Source: Azolla caroliniana (taxonomy: Eukaryota; Plantae; Polypodiophyta). Taken from it: a DNA stretch of 64,000 bases. Positions 39,301-51,404 of this stretch are shown here, piece after piece. The notes under the pieces are model-generated. The model ran no database searches. It was not told the origin of the DNA and saw only the letters and a list, made by a program, of their open reading frames with translations. The stretch is taken from contig JBHGNT010000004.1 in assembly GCA_043228905.1 (NCBI GenBank), positions 20,708,001 to 20,772,000 of the forward strand, read 5' to 3'. Both the position numbers and the translations under genes were made by a program. Positions within the stretch are counted from its first letter, which is position 1; each line of letters opens with the position of its first letter.

Positions 39301-39641
39301 CAAAAGTCATTTTATGTTTTTATCCTAATTTTGCTTTTTTTTATGAACATGCAACAATGCATATGACATTTCGCAGACTGCACAAGCAAACAATTTGCAG
39401 TGGCCAATATACTTTTTATGGGGATGCATGTGTATTCTTTAAAACAATTTTTTTACAATTTTGTACTGATTTTCCTTTATTTCTGATCCACAGGTACTCC
39501 CCAAGCAAATGGATGGTAGCTACATTGGCAAAAGCACAGATGGAACATGAGAGAACAATGGCTAGGTCCAGGGAGAATGGCAGAGAGCTAAGCCATATGG
39601 AGAATGTTCCTGTCCATTGGTTCTTACCCCCAACCAAGTAA
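33349..39641 (+). CDS. EMB2654: P-class pentatricopeptide repeat protein, EMB2654 (At2g41720)-like, 10 exons
   Basis: Exons ~33349-34155, 34724-34897, 35012-35117, 35396-36508, 36592-36697, 37206-37410, 37986-38119, 38754-38858, 38955-39085, 39494-39641. DWDISEIV..GILDHWTGRFNRKNFPVLIKE, VFNWMKNQELYRARSDIYNDMI, ICKKMMDNGVGPDIVTHNI and IGKSGKLEELLKVFYK are colinear with EMB2654 as I recall it. EMB2654 is the plastid rps12 trans-splicing factor. Confidence 0.88.
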
Positions 39642-42425
39642 CTTGCAGTACATGGTTATTCATAAAAAAGGCCTAGAGTTAATCATTTAATGGGATCCAA
39701 CCTACATGTGTAAACAACACTTTTCTACAAGGGAGTGAAAAAAGCAACAATAAATAGTGCATGTAAATGGCTACCCAAGTTCCTCTTTTGAACTTTCAAG
39801 GCTTGAATATTCATGGATTATTGTATGCCATTGATTTTATCCTTAATTAGAAAAACGATATCAAGTGCAAAAACAAGTTTGTAAATTTGGGAGCGTGCTC
39901 CATAAGGATGAATTATAATTTAATACATGATATAATATTCATAGACAATGATATATAAACCAAAGAAAAACGAGAATAGTAAAATCTTAGAGCTAGGAAA
40001 CAAAAACATCAATATCACGTATAGAGACAATATGAGTGGATGGTCATAAATAGAGGTGACCCTAAAGCATACGATGTATATGAGATAAGGAAGAGGTTAG
40101 CATGTATGTAAGATGAGTATCTCATGACTAGACAATTTCTTGTGTCTCTATTTGATGGAATTAATCGATATTTGTCATTGTAAACATTGAGCTGTTGGAG
40201 CCAATCCAATGGTGCATAATGATTCCCTATTGTGTGGCTTCAGTGTGCTTGCATTGGAACATGTTTATGAAGCGATGAAGTTTTGCTTTTGGTTGATATC
40301 ATTGGCCTAGGATTTGGATCGAGATATACCTTTTTAGTGGCGAGTGGGAAAAGGTGGTTGTTGAAAACCTTTGAGCTATTAGTGTACATAACCTTAACCT
40401 TAACGATTAGCACTTGATCACACACACACACACACTCACGCTCGCTCGCTCACTAACTCTCTCTCTCTCTCTTGCACTTTGAAATATACGTAAAGACGAG
40501 AAGACATAAGAAAGAATACACCACTTCTTATTACAAGAACGTTTAACACCATTCAAGAGGAAGTGATTGGAGTTTGACTTACTTAACTTGTAACCCTAAT
40601 CTCTCTTAGTTCTAATAGAAAACTAAGGGGATAGAGTAGGATCTCTAATGTACTAATGACAAGGACAAAACCTAAGATTAGAGAAGAGCTATAAAAGTCA
40701 CCAAAAGCTAACTTTTATGACTTTTTACAGGATTTGTAAGTTCTTTCCACAATAGGTTGCCATTGGCTTACATTGATTCCTATTTAGTTTGCTCTATCTC
40801 CCTTTTCCTACAGTTTGTTGAGCTTGATGTCCCTTGTCAGTGCCTCTATCTCCTCAATCGGTGTCTTAGATGCTAGATACTTAACACTTTATCTCCTCTA
40901 GAATAGAATACATTTACTTGGTGACGATTAATATATTTGTCAACACTTAGAAAAATGGGCTACAAAGTAGCATACCTAATGGGCTAGTTATGCAATCTTC
41001 AATGATTGTAACTCCTTAACAAAAAATATATAGAAATACAGAGAGATAGATAGATATATATTTTTAGCGTCCATAGAGAGACCAACATTGACCCGTGGGA
41101 CCTAAGTACAAAAGTTATCTTGATGTGTGTCACCTTCCTAAAAGGGATATTTGTACTTTGACGCACCAAATCTTGATGTATGAATAAGGCATGCACATAT
41201 GAGCTCAACCTTCTAGGTGTTCTCTTTAGTTTGACACTCAAATCATCACCCCCTCTTAATATATCATCATAGCTTTCATGAATTACACTATATGCAGAGC
41301 ATGTAAAAAACAAGTGATATTGATCCTTTACTAGCCCTTCCTTGCATACCTTACATGCCTTTAAGGGGAGAGAGAGCGAGAGAGAGAATATGTCTAATCA
41401 AAGATCGCCCAAATAAGCTTGGAACATAGGATGCAAAGTACAAAAATCTAATATGAACAAAATCCTCTCATCTGATTGTGTGCTTGACATTTGAAATGGT
41501 TTAGGATATGGGGAGTAAAAGATATATTGGAGGTCTAATGTAATGTTATGAATTATGTGATAATTGAGGATAGATTACTAGAGACACTGGGATGAAGTGG
41601 CAATATGTTAAATGACAAATTGGAATATTCCATGTTGCAAATATTAACCCCCAATATTCGCCTCAATACAAGGAAAAAAATGCATGAAAATATCCAATCT
41701 CATCTCACCACCCCCATGAGCCATGGCCTCTAAGAGAGCCTTACCACTTCTTCAAACTCACTCACACGAGTTAGGTGTTTAGGTAGCATAATGGCATCAT
41801 TAAGCAAACATGAAGATATGCAAGGTATGCAATGAAAACCTACTTGAGGATGAATATCACGTACTTTTTGCATACTCAACATATAAGGTAATTCATGATA
41901 AATATGATGACTTGTTAAACGTGCATGATAATGTGAGTGTATGTGCATTATTTTCAAATCGATAGTTTTTGTTGTAGAGTAGTAACTCTTCTTCTTAGGA
42001 AGGAGTCACATACAAGATGATACGTTGATTTGGTTTGATAGGTTAAAATTCATCATGGAAGATAAAATTTCTATTCTATACTCTCTCTCTCTCTCATAAT
42101 AAACCCATAATTGGGCGAGATGCGTAATAATTATCGTGCTTCAAACTCCAAAATTCTTTGAGATGAAGCCTCAACACACTCTCTCCAGCCGTCTGCAGCT
42201 GTTTGCCGTCTGTTGCCGTCGTTTGACGACTACCGCCGTCACGGGGTGTTTCTTCTCCGTTTTCTCTTGACGTTGTGAAGTGCCATTTTCTTGACGAGTT
42301 CGTGGGTGGGTTCTTTTGGTGTGCTCGTCGCGTGCTACAAAATGCCGATGTGATTGCGACATACACACAAACTCAGCTAAGTCTCGAACCCATTTATTTT
42401 ACCTTTTTTTCTTATTGACACCACA

Positions 42426-43238
42426 ATGATGTCTAGACGGACTAAGGAACATAAGGATATACAAGACGAGGCTATAAGTAAGGAGGACTTTTTAGATATG
42501 TTTAATCGTTTAACAAAAATAGAGATGGATATGAAAAAATGGGTGAAAGACACCGAAACCCACAAGAAAAAAGATAGAGAGGAAAAAGACACCCTCAAGG
42601 CCGAAATAGAACAACTTAAAGTAGAAAACACCGACCTTAAAAAACAACTTAAGGACATCGAGGTATCTCGAGAAGACGGTGAAATATCCTCTATAGAGGA
42701 TATAAAGGACGAAATTAAAAAAGTTAAAGAGGAAGTTAATAATAACATAGAGTTAGCTAAAACGGGTTGGGTAGATGTGGTTAAAAGAAACATTAAAAAA
42801 GAAATAAAAGATGAAAATATTGTTAATACCACCATTGAAGAAGAGAAAATGCGTCAGGCCCGATGCTTAAATGTACGTGTCACTGGGCTCAAGGAAGGTG
42901 CATCCCCAAATGAGGACGCACAAACACTTGGGAAAATGTTAGGGTACACAGAGGCCCTACCTATCACCAAAGCATGGAGGGTCGGGCGTGACACAACTAG
43001 GAAGAGAGCCTTAGTCCTTCAATTTAAAGACTTAGACTCTAGAATCACTTTCTTTAAGAAGAGACCAATCCTTCGAGGAATGGATGGGGACCCCATCTAT
43101 CTCGATGAAGACCTCACTAAGATGCAAATTGAGCATCGCAAGAGTTGTATGCCACGAGTTATGCAAGCTCGTAAAGAAGGCCATCGCGCCTTTTACCGAG
43201 ACGGGCGAGTGATCATAAATGATCGCACTACTAATTGA
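42426..43238 (+). CDS. LINE ORF1 (coiled coil + RRM-like + CTD)
   Basis: Intact 270-aa ORF with heptad-rich LKAEIEQLKVENTDLKKQL, RRM start LNVRVTGLKE, AWRVGR and CTD IYLDEDLTKMQIEHR. Confidence 0.88.
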   Translation: MMSRRTKEHKDIQDEAISKEDFLDMFNRLTKIEMDMKKWVKDTETHKKKDREEKDTLKAEIEQLKVENTDLKKQLKDIEVSREDGEISSIEDIKDEIKKVKEEVNNNIELAKTGWVDVVKRNIKKEIKDENIVNTTIEEEKMRQARCLNVRVTGLKEGASPNEDAQTLGKMLGYTEALPITKAWRVGRDTTRKRALVLQFKDLDSRITFFKKRPILRGMDGDPIYLDEDLTKMQIEHRKSCMPRVMQARKEGHRAFYRDGRVIINDRTTN

Positions 43239-43244
43239 CGGCGT

Positions 43245-46200
43245 GTGGCCCATGTGACAGAAAATGCACTTAGGATGACCCTATGGAATTGTAATGGCAT
43301 ACTCTGGGCACACCCCGGCCGCCTAGAGGAGATACTAAAGGTATCTGATATACTTTTCTTGGTAGAAACACATCAGAGCCCAAATAGAGGACTCCCACGG
43401 GTCGAAGGATTCCATTGGGAGTCCGCTTTTAGACAAACCTCACGTCGACACACTACTAGGGGATTTGGAGGTGTCGCGATACTATTTCGTAGAGAGCTAC
43501 ATAATAGGATAGAAATAATGAAGATAGACCCAGAAGCTCGTTTTATGTGGGTGAAAGTCTCCACAAGCAAAGACCATGTAGTATTTTTCGCCATTTGTTA
43601 CTTTCCCCCAAAAGGATCCCGTTATAATATTGGTGGCTTGACGAGATTAGTCGATGAAGGAATGCCACATGGGCCTTCTCCATACGAACCCCTATCGGAT
43701 GACATAATCCGATATTCTTCCCAAGGAGAAGTATTTCTTGTAGGAGACTTTAATGCGAGAACCCAATCCCGACAATGCACAGTATTTCAGATGAATAGAA
43801 ACCTAGAAATGGTAAATGTTGATCCTTTAGACATAGGCACCACACGTAGATCAAAGGATCAAGGTGCAGACGCCACGAGCTTTGGCCATCATCTGCTCGA
43901 ACTTGGCAGTCGACACCAGATGGTCATATATAATGGTTTAGCTAAGTGGTCGGGCTCGGAAGAGCTCACATGTTTCCCACATGGAGGAGAGGAAAGCACA
44001 GTTGACTATCTAATAGGGTGCCCTGAAGCTACCCACATGATTAACTCCTTCCGAGTGGCCCCATGCCCTATTGGCGCAGACCATAGTTTCTTATACTTCG
44101 AGCTAAAATGTGATATCTCTAAGGTCACCAAGTCTAGTCAACCATGCCATCACACCACAATACATTTCACACATGAGCTCTCTGACATATACTCTCAACA
44201 TGTTCAGGCCCATCTCCCCTCCCTTGATCCCTCCCTACCGTTAGAAAGCCTTAGTACAAAACTCACACACATCCTTCACTCCGCAACAGCTAGCAGTTTC
44301 CCATATACAAAACACTCAAATCAAGGTAGATCAGGATCAATGCCACAAAATAAATGGTATGACGAGGATTGTAGGGACTTACATAGACAACTTACAGTAT
44401 CGCAACTCAATGGTAGTATTACCTCCATACAAGCTCGCAAAGAAATGCGTAAGGTGACACATCGTAAGAGACGAGCGTGGGAGGCATCCCAATACTGGGA
44501 ACTCTACCATATGCTCATGAGTAGCGATTGCGCCACGGCATGGAAGAGACTACGGGAGCCAAGACCACAAACACCCATCGAAGATCCCGAAACTTGGCAC
44601 ACATATACAAAGAGACTTTACCAAATCCCAAACCAACCACCCATTCCAATGCCTTCCACACCCCGGCCTACCACGGGGACACTTTTCACGACCTCTAGGG
44701 TCGTGAAGGTCATAAAGAAATTACAACATAGGAAGTCCATGGACCACATAGGATTGCGAGCAGAACACATTATATATGCGAGAGAGTGCAAGCTCCCTTG
44801 CTAACTCTAATCTTCAATCGTGCCCTTGCGGAGGGTTTTCCACCACAGTGGACTATGAATACAGTGGCCCCCATACATAAAGGGGGGGACCCCATGGACC
44901 CAAATACATATAGGACCATTATGATAGGCCATACCCTTGCTAAGTTATATGGTGCAGTAATGGAACCAGAGCTTAGCGACTATATGGAGACCCTAAACCT
45001 TCGTGCACCTGAACAAGCTGGCTTTAGACGAGCCTTCTCCACTATTGATCATATCTTCACACTTAGATGCCTAATTGACCAAACTAAGGCTCGCAAGAAG
45101 AAATTATATTGTTGTTTTGTGGACTTCCGCAAAGCCTTTGACACAGTCCCTAGAGAGCGGTTGTTTGATAGACTTAAAAGCTTGAGGATACCATATGATA
45201 TGGTATGGGCCATCTACGCACTATATGAACAAGTGTCCGGGTGTGTCCAATGCCCAGGTGGCCTATCTAATCGTTTCACTAGCACTATTTGTGTAAAACA
45301 AGGTTGCCCCCTATCACCGACGCTTTTTGGGATCTACATTGATGAGATCACAGATTTTATTGCTCGTGAGGGAGGCACCGGAGTGGTCCTTGGGGATACG
45401 CAGGTTCGTATCTTGCTCTATGCGGATGACATAGTTTTGCTCTTTGAATCCGAACACGACCTACAAAGGCACCTTAATGCCTTAGATTACTTTTGTGTAC
45501 AACGAGGATTGGTAGTGAATCTAGGGAAAACGAAAGTCCTTATCTTCCACACATCGGCCCAAGTTAGAGCTAAGTGTCACCTAAGTATCTCCCATAGCCC
45601 AGTCGAGGTGATTGGATCATACGTCTATCTCGGAGTCACTTTTAGTGCCCGCTCAGGTGAATTTTCGATGACACAGGCAACGAAGGATAGACTCACGAGA
45701 GGACATGCATCCCTCTCACTCCTAGAGAGACAATGCCACCAAGCACACTTTCAAGAGCCACGGACTAAAGGGTGGCTCTTTGACTCATTAGTGACCCCCT
45801 CCCTCATGTATGCATCAGCGGTTTGGGCTCCAGGATTACCATCTTTCATGTGGACGCAATTAGAGAGACCATTGGTGATGATGCTATCGCGCCAACTCCG
45901 AAGCAAATCGACTGTACCACATGACATTATTAGGGCTGAGTTCACGTTACCCCCAATGTTAGTAGAGGCACTTTTTCAACTTGTAGTCTTCATTCATAGG
46001 ATACATAGCCAACCACATGATAGAATATCTCATCAAGCCTTTAAGGCCTCTCGATCATTGTATGAGTCCGGCTATACTAGCTCATGGTATGGCATGATGG
46101 TGAGTTGGCTTCTTGCGAATGGTCTAGACATTAATAACCTACCTCCCCTTAGGTACAACCACACGAGTGATAACACTTTAATCTCTCATGAGGACCGCAA

Positions 46201-46975
46201 TAAAGTAATACGCCAAGAAATATGGCAAATTTACACTCGGTGTAAATGGATCACCCCACTAGAGCCACTCCCATCTAAAATGTTGTACTATAAGAAACAC
46301 TTCATGCACTTCTCTGAGTTAGGTTTTATCACGCGGCCAAAATATCTAGATGTATTCTTACCACATGCACTAAGGGTTGCCATTGGACAACTTAGAATAT
46401 CATCTCACCAACTTGAGATTGAGAATGGCCGTACTAGTGGAGTCCCTAGGGAGGAAAGGATATGTAGGTTATGTCACATAGAGATAGAGGATGAGTACCA
46501 CTTTACATGCAAGTGTCCAACCTATGCCGAGATAAGGGCAAAATACCAAGACATACTTGGTTCGTCTCCCACCCTCCCCAAACTATTAGATACTCTAGAT
46601 ATAAAGAAATTAGGCAAATACATTCTAGAGCTAAAACAACACAGAGAGAATAAGTTACAAAATGTTGACAATAATGTTGCTAATGATCACGAACATGTAA
46701 CAAATGAAGTTTTTCAAGAACCTAAGGAGACAACGAAAGCCGACACACTTGCACCACTCGGCCTTTCCATTGATGAGGCAGAAAACCAAAGAAGAACCAG
46801 ACGTCCTCGGGTGCCGGGTTTCAAAGCAACTCGACGTGATGTGGAAGCAATATTGAAAATAAGGGAACGTGAGCTACACCGCCTAGAAGCCATGGCTAGG
46901 GCACTCTCTACATTGGAACCCACATCAAGACACTTTGACCCCCCACTTCTTTTCGAGAGACTTGGGTGGAAATAA
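43245..46975 (+). pseudogene. LINE ORF2 (endonuclease-reverse transcriptase) with one frameshift near 44790
   Basis: EN motifs LWNCNG, LVETH, VGDFNAR, STVDY, ADHS. RT motifs YRTI, EQAGFR, VDFRKAFDTV, VKQGCPLSPTLF, LYADD, YVYLG. C-terminal CRLC..EDEYHFTCKC. The frame changes by -1 between EHIIYARE and APLLTLIFNR, consistent with a 1-nt deletion. Confidence 0.9.
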
Positions 46976-47160
46976 AATTAGGCTTACTGTATAGTCTCTT
47001 TCGAGTATACTACATATTGTACACTACTAGAACTCTTTTAGTTTAAGTTCTAGTTTTTACTTAATTTTATTTTAGTTATGATGACTGGATAAATACTCTT
47101 TTGTTGTAAACCAATTGTCTCATGGGCCAAATTTGGCCTTAGAAGACGTTAATATATCTT

Positions 47161-47208
<48 letters not shown>

Positions 47209-50121
47209 TTATTAGTTATGGAAAAGTTGAAGCTATAAGAGGTCAACACCAAGAGTACAAAATGATTTGTATGGGCTATGCACACCTATAAGACCATTTG
47301 GCGAAGTATGTGACATATTATTTGAACATGTTGCTGAAAAAAACCACACACATGCATCTCCTCACATGAGAACAACCCCAAAGTTTCCGGACAAAAAGTT
47401 CCGTATAAAGCCATATTATGAGTTTCTCTCACAAAGAAGGAATCTCCCAATGTCACCTCGATTGGGGGAAATCCCTCAATTGTGTCCTCTTTTCATAATT
47501 GATAAAATTAGTTGTCGTCCAAGCAAGGTGAGTTGTGTAGACAATATCAAAAAAATTGCATTCCATCTACAACAATATGTCCTTCATATGGAATCACTCA
47601 ATATGATAGAATGCGCTACAATAGTGTATTTTATCAAAGCATCTTATTGTGCAAAAGGAATATCCAAAGCCAACACAATCTTGTCACCTTTTCTATAGTA
47701 GATAAAACAAAGGTGTGCCACACTCAACAAAATGAGTTGGTTAAACTCCTTGAAAAGGTAGTTGAGATGGTTTTGGCGACAAGGGGCCTTATATTTACGA
47801 AATATTTATAGTTCTTGATGTTAGAACTTAAATAAGGGCATACCTATTGCTATTAAAAAAGGTGGGTATTTGAGAGCCCATGTTACTTAGGAATTATAGT
47901 ATGATAAAGAGTTGATATAAAGGATAACATAAATAGAAGATGTAAGATGTCCTACCAAACACAACTTGAGGGCTAGACGAGATGAATGGTAGATGGCATG
48001 ATTGAGGTGACGATAATGTTACAAAACTTTGTGATTTTTACATGCCCATGTTACTTTGAGAAAGAGCTTATCAAGGAAGACTTTAAGTGAGATTGATATA
48101 GGGACAAATGGGCATAACGTACACACACAACAAAGAGACATGTCTTTGAAGTTCCTAGTATCTAATGTCTATTTGTTCAAAATATTTGTTTTGAGATACA
48201 TATTACAATCATATGCAGGTGACGCAATACAAAATCTACCTTCACTATGATATAATCCTAAAGAATTTTGTACATGATAGAATTACATTCAGAATAAGGA
48301 TACAATTTCCAAATTTGCTCTTCAACACCTCATACAAAAGTAACAAAGTATATAAAGGTTGAATAAATCAACAAGTCAAAATCTAGGCACATTTTAACAT
48401 GGTGCCTCATAAATGACTCCTCTTTTGTAATAAATTTTATGCTAGGCAAGACAAACATCCTTTTATGTGTATCTTTTACATTGGTGACAATAAAGAAAAT
48501 TTTGGTGAATGCACAAATCGGAACACAATTTTATAGTTGGGAGGTTCAATGGTGTTGGCAATGGAAAATTTGTATTCAAATGGTTTAAAACATTAGCACC
48601 CAGACGAGTAAATTTGCATCTTGAATATTCAAGCCTATGTTGATAGTTGATAGCAGTAATCTACATCAAACTAGTTTTCCTTTTCTTCTTGTGATGCAAC
48701 ATTTGTATTACATCAAACTTGTTTGCTTTTTCTTCTTGTAATCTAACAATCAATTTCAATAAATTCATATAGATGAGAGTGTAATGAAATGTTGCAAGGT
48801 GGTTGAAATTTGCTCGCCTTAAATATACATGATGAAAGCAAGTGAGAAGAAGAGGTGGGACTTGTAAATAGTTATTGTTTAGTATTTTTTCTTTTTTCTT
48901 TTGATGTGGACACACAAACTAGGGGCCCATTGTATAAACGTCATATTATTGAAAAGGAAGTCACATATTTAGTCTCATTGTGAAATACGTACATATAATG
49001 CATAACATGTCTTCATGTTGGCGGGAGCCATGCCAAGCCCTTAATGTTTAGTGAATTGTATCCTTCTCGCTTAACGCAATAAGATTGTTTGTATAGTAGA
49101 AGGATACCTAATCTACTCGGGGTTCACTTCAACAACATTTAGTAGCCTAAATAAAAAGATTACTATATCAAATCCAACATTTGGACTTTCAAGATAAAGC
49201 CAAAATCAACAATGTCATTGAGTTATAGATTTGCATTATAGGTTAATCTTGTCCTTTAATTGAACGGGTGTAAGGAGTTGATTGAGAAGTTTGAAGAAAA
49301 GGGTGCATGATATGGTTTCAATGGTTTCAAAGGAAATCGTTACATGGTACGAAGTAAACATTGATGTATCGTTAGTCTTAAGCACAATATAGTAGAGGTG
49401 ATAGAGGGTGTCAAAAGTAGAGTAATGACCTCACACTTTCCCTATTCAACATTATTTGTATCCATTTTAAACACTACTATGTTCCCTTGTGGTTGTATTA
49501 ATGCTTGAAATGCAGGGGTTTTAAAAATCGTGTCATGTCATCGCTACATATTAACGAGTGGCAATTCCAATATGGAGACAGAGAGATAGAAAAATTGACA
49601 AGTACATATTAATGCCTAAAATATAGAAATAACAACCAAAAATAAAAGAAGAGTCCAAATAACCCAACTCATCTATGTCATGGTGGCCCATTAATGTATG
49701 GAACATTTAAAGGAATGCACGTATCTATGTTTGTTTGTATGATGTAGATATAAAAAACTTTACAGATTCTGGTCCTTGCTTAAAGTAATATATGGTTCTA
49801 TGTTTGTTAAACTCTTTATGTATCATATTGATGTCACTACCATGTTTTGTTGTAGTGACGAATCTATTGTAGGCCAAGAGAGAAAAACAAAATTTACATG
49901 TTCTAGCCAATCTTGGTCATGTTCGGCATATCCAAGGCTAATGTGTTCATCCAACATATTCGTCTTTCAATCTCAACATGCATTTCACATCTCTTCTAAA
50001 TTGCTCTTGTGTTGATTATGTAAACTTTCAACATAAACTTTACCTAGAAAGATTGGCTACGGCCATTCGGCATGAGTATACCATATTCATTGTAATTTGT
50101 AATAGTGGACTATTTTTTATA

Positions 50122-50433
50122 GGGAAAAGTACCAGGATACCCTGGAAGTTCATCTATTTACTAGAATGCCCCTGGAAGTTCCAAATTTACCAAACTACCC
50201 CTATGTCCAAAAAATTACACTTTATAAAGTAATTATACACTCAAATCTACAAGCCCTATTTACCAATGATGGAAGAAATGGACCCGAACTAGCCCTATTT
50301 ACCAAATATTTGAGTGTATAATTACTTTATAAAGTGTAATTTATTGGACATAGGGGTAATTTGGTAAATTTGGAACTTCCAGGGGCATTCTGGTAAATAG
50401 ACGAACTTCCAGGGGTATCCTGGTACTTTTCCC
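50122..50433. mobile_element. Mutator-type MITE, copy 1
   Basis: ~125-bp TIRs starting GGGAAAAGTACCAGGATAC and ending GTACTTTTCCC. Perfect 9-bp TSD TTTTTTATA (50113-50121 and 50434-50442). Confidence 0.92.
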
Positions 50434-50544
50434 TTTTTTATATTGCCTTTCACCACTCTAATTTTGATACCAATGGAGGATAACTTTTTATGAAAAAAAA
50501 ACAAAATTTACTTGTTCCATTCACATATGTTTTCTAGGGGGATA

Positions 50545-50734
50545 CTATTACGGGCATGACCACGTAATATCCCGTGGTAAGATTGTACCGTAGTATTCTA
50601 TACATGGTACAATCTTAGCACGGGAATTTATATGGTCATGCCCGTAACATATCTTACCACACACTTTATCCACGTGTATAGAATACTACGGTACAATCTT
50701 ACCACGGGATATTATATGGTCATGCTCGTAACAG
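50545..50734. mobile_element. Foldback/MITE-like element with a duplicated right arm
   Basis: The left arm TTACGGGCATGACCA..GATTGTACCGTAGTATTCTATACA is complemented by arms at ~50606-50649 and ~50675-50734. ATA flanks both sides. Confidence 0.6.
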
Positions 50735-51109
50735 ATACTCTCTTAACAAAAACCAAATTTGTTTTCATGGGGTTTATACTTATATAGAGTGAGAAAAGAG
50801 AGAACGTATAACAAATAAAGTACATGATTTCCTACTACAATATGCGAAATACAAATTTTGATATTGCAAAATATATTTGTTTTGGGGGAGGATAGAAAGT
50901 ATAGCCTATAATAATTATGAAAACACGTTTAGAACCCTTAAAGGGCATACACTAAAAGCTTATGTACACGCAAAGAATGAATCACTTTCTTTCATGAGCC
51001 AATGCGCTTGAGTGAGATTTCGTGTATGCAGTGATATTTGAAAAACGTCAAAGTAGTTAATGTAACTTCCTTGATATCTGTTGAGAAGATGGCAAGCTAA
51101 TAAGATTAA

Positions 51110-51404
51110 GGGAAAAGTACCAGGATACCCATGGAAGTTTGTCTATTTACCTGAATGCCCTTGAAAGTTCCAAATTTATCAAACTACCCCTATGTCAAAA
51201 AATTTACACTTTATAAAGTAATTATACACTCAAATCTTTGGTAAATAGGGCTAGTTCGGGTCCATTTCTTCCATCTTTATTTGAGTGTATAATTACTTTA
51301 TAAAGTGTAATTTTTTGGACATAGGGGTAGTTTGGTAAATTTGGAACTTCCAAGGGCATTCTGGTAAATAGACGAACTTCCAGGGGTATCTCGGTACTTT
51401 TCCC
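51110..51404. mobile_element. Mutator-type MITE, copy 2 (opposite orientation to copy 1)
   Basis: Same TIRs as copy 1. TSD TAAGATTAA / TAATATTAA (8/9). The internal spacer is the reverse complement of that in copy 1. Confidence 0.9.

Larger units (their letters stand above)
42096..47205 (+). mobile_element. Near full-length non-LTR retrotransposon (LINE; RTEX/CR1-L2-like architecture), bounded by (CT)n tracts
   Basis: CpG-rich 5' UTR, ORF1, ORF2 (APE endonuclease, RT, CCHC), then a 3' UTR with hairpins and a (CTTT)2(CT)n tail. A 15-nt CT tract at 42081-42095 lies directly upstream. Confidence 0.92.

Noticed and set aside
44780-44804. Programmed -1 frameshift within LINE ORF2
   Set aside because: There is no X XXY YYZ slippery site, and the shift falls in the conserved pre-RT region. 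A 1-nt deletion or sequencing error is simpler.
47267-47811. 143-aa and 99-aa ORFs after the LINE
   Set aside because: Non-ATG starts and no recognisable domain. Probably decayed repeat sequence that I cannot classify.
50122-51404. A single composite Pack-MULE spanning both MITEs
   Set aside because: Each MITE has its own 9-bp TSD and the outer flanks do not match, so they are independent insertions.
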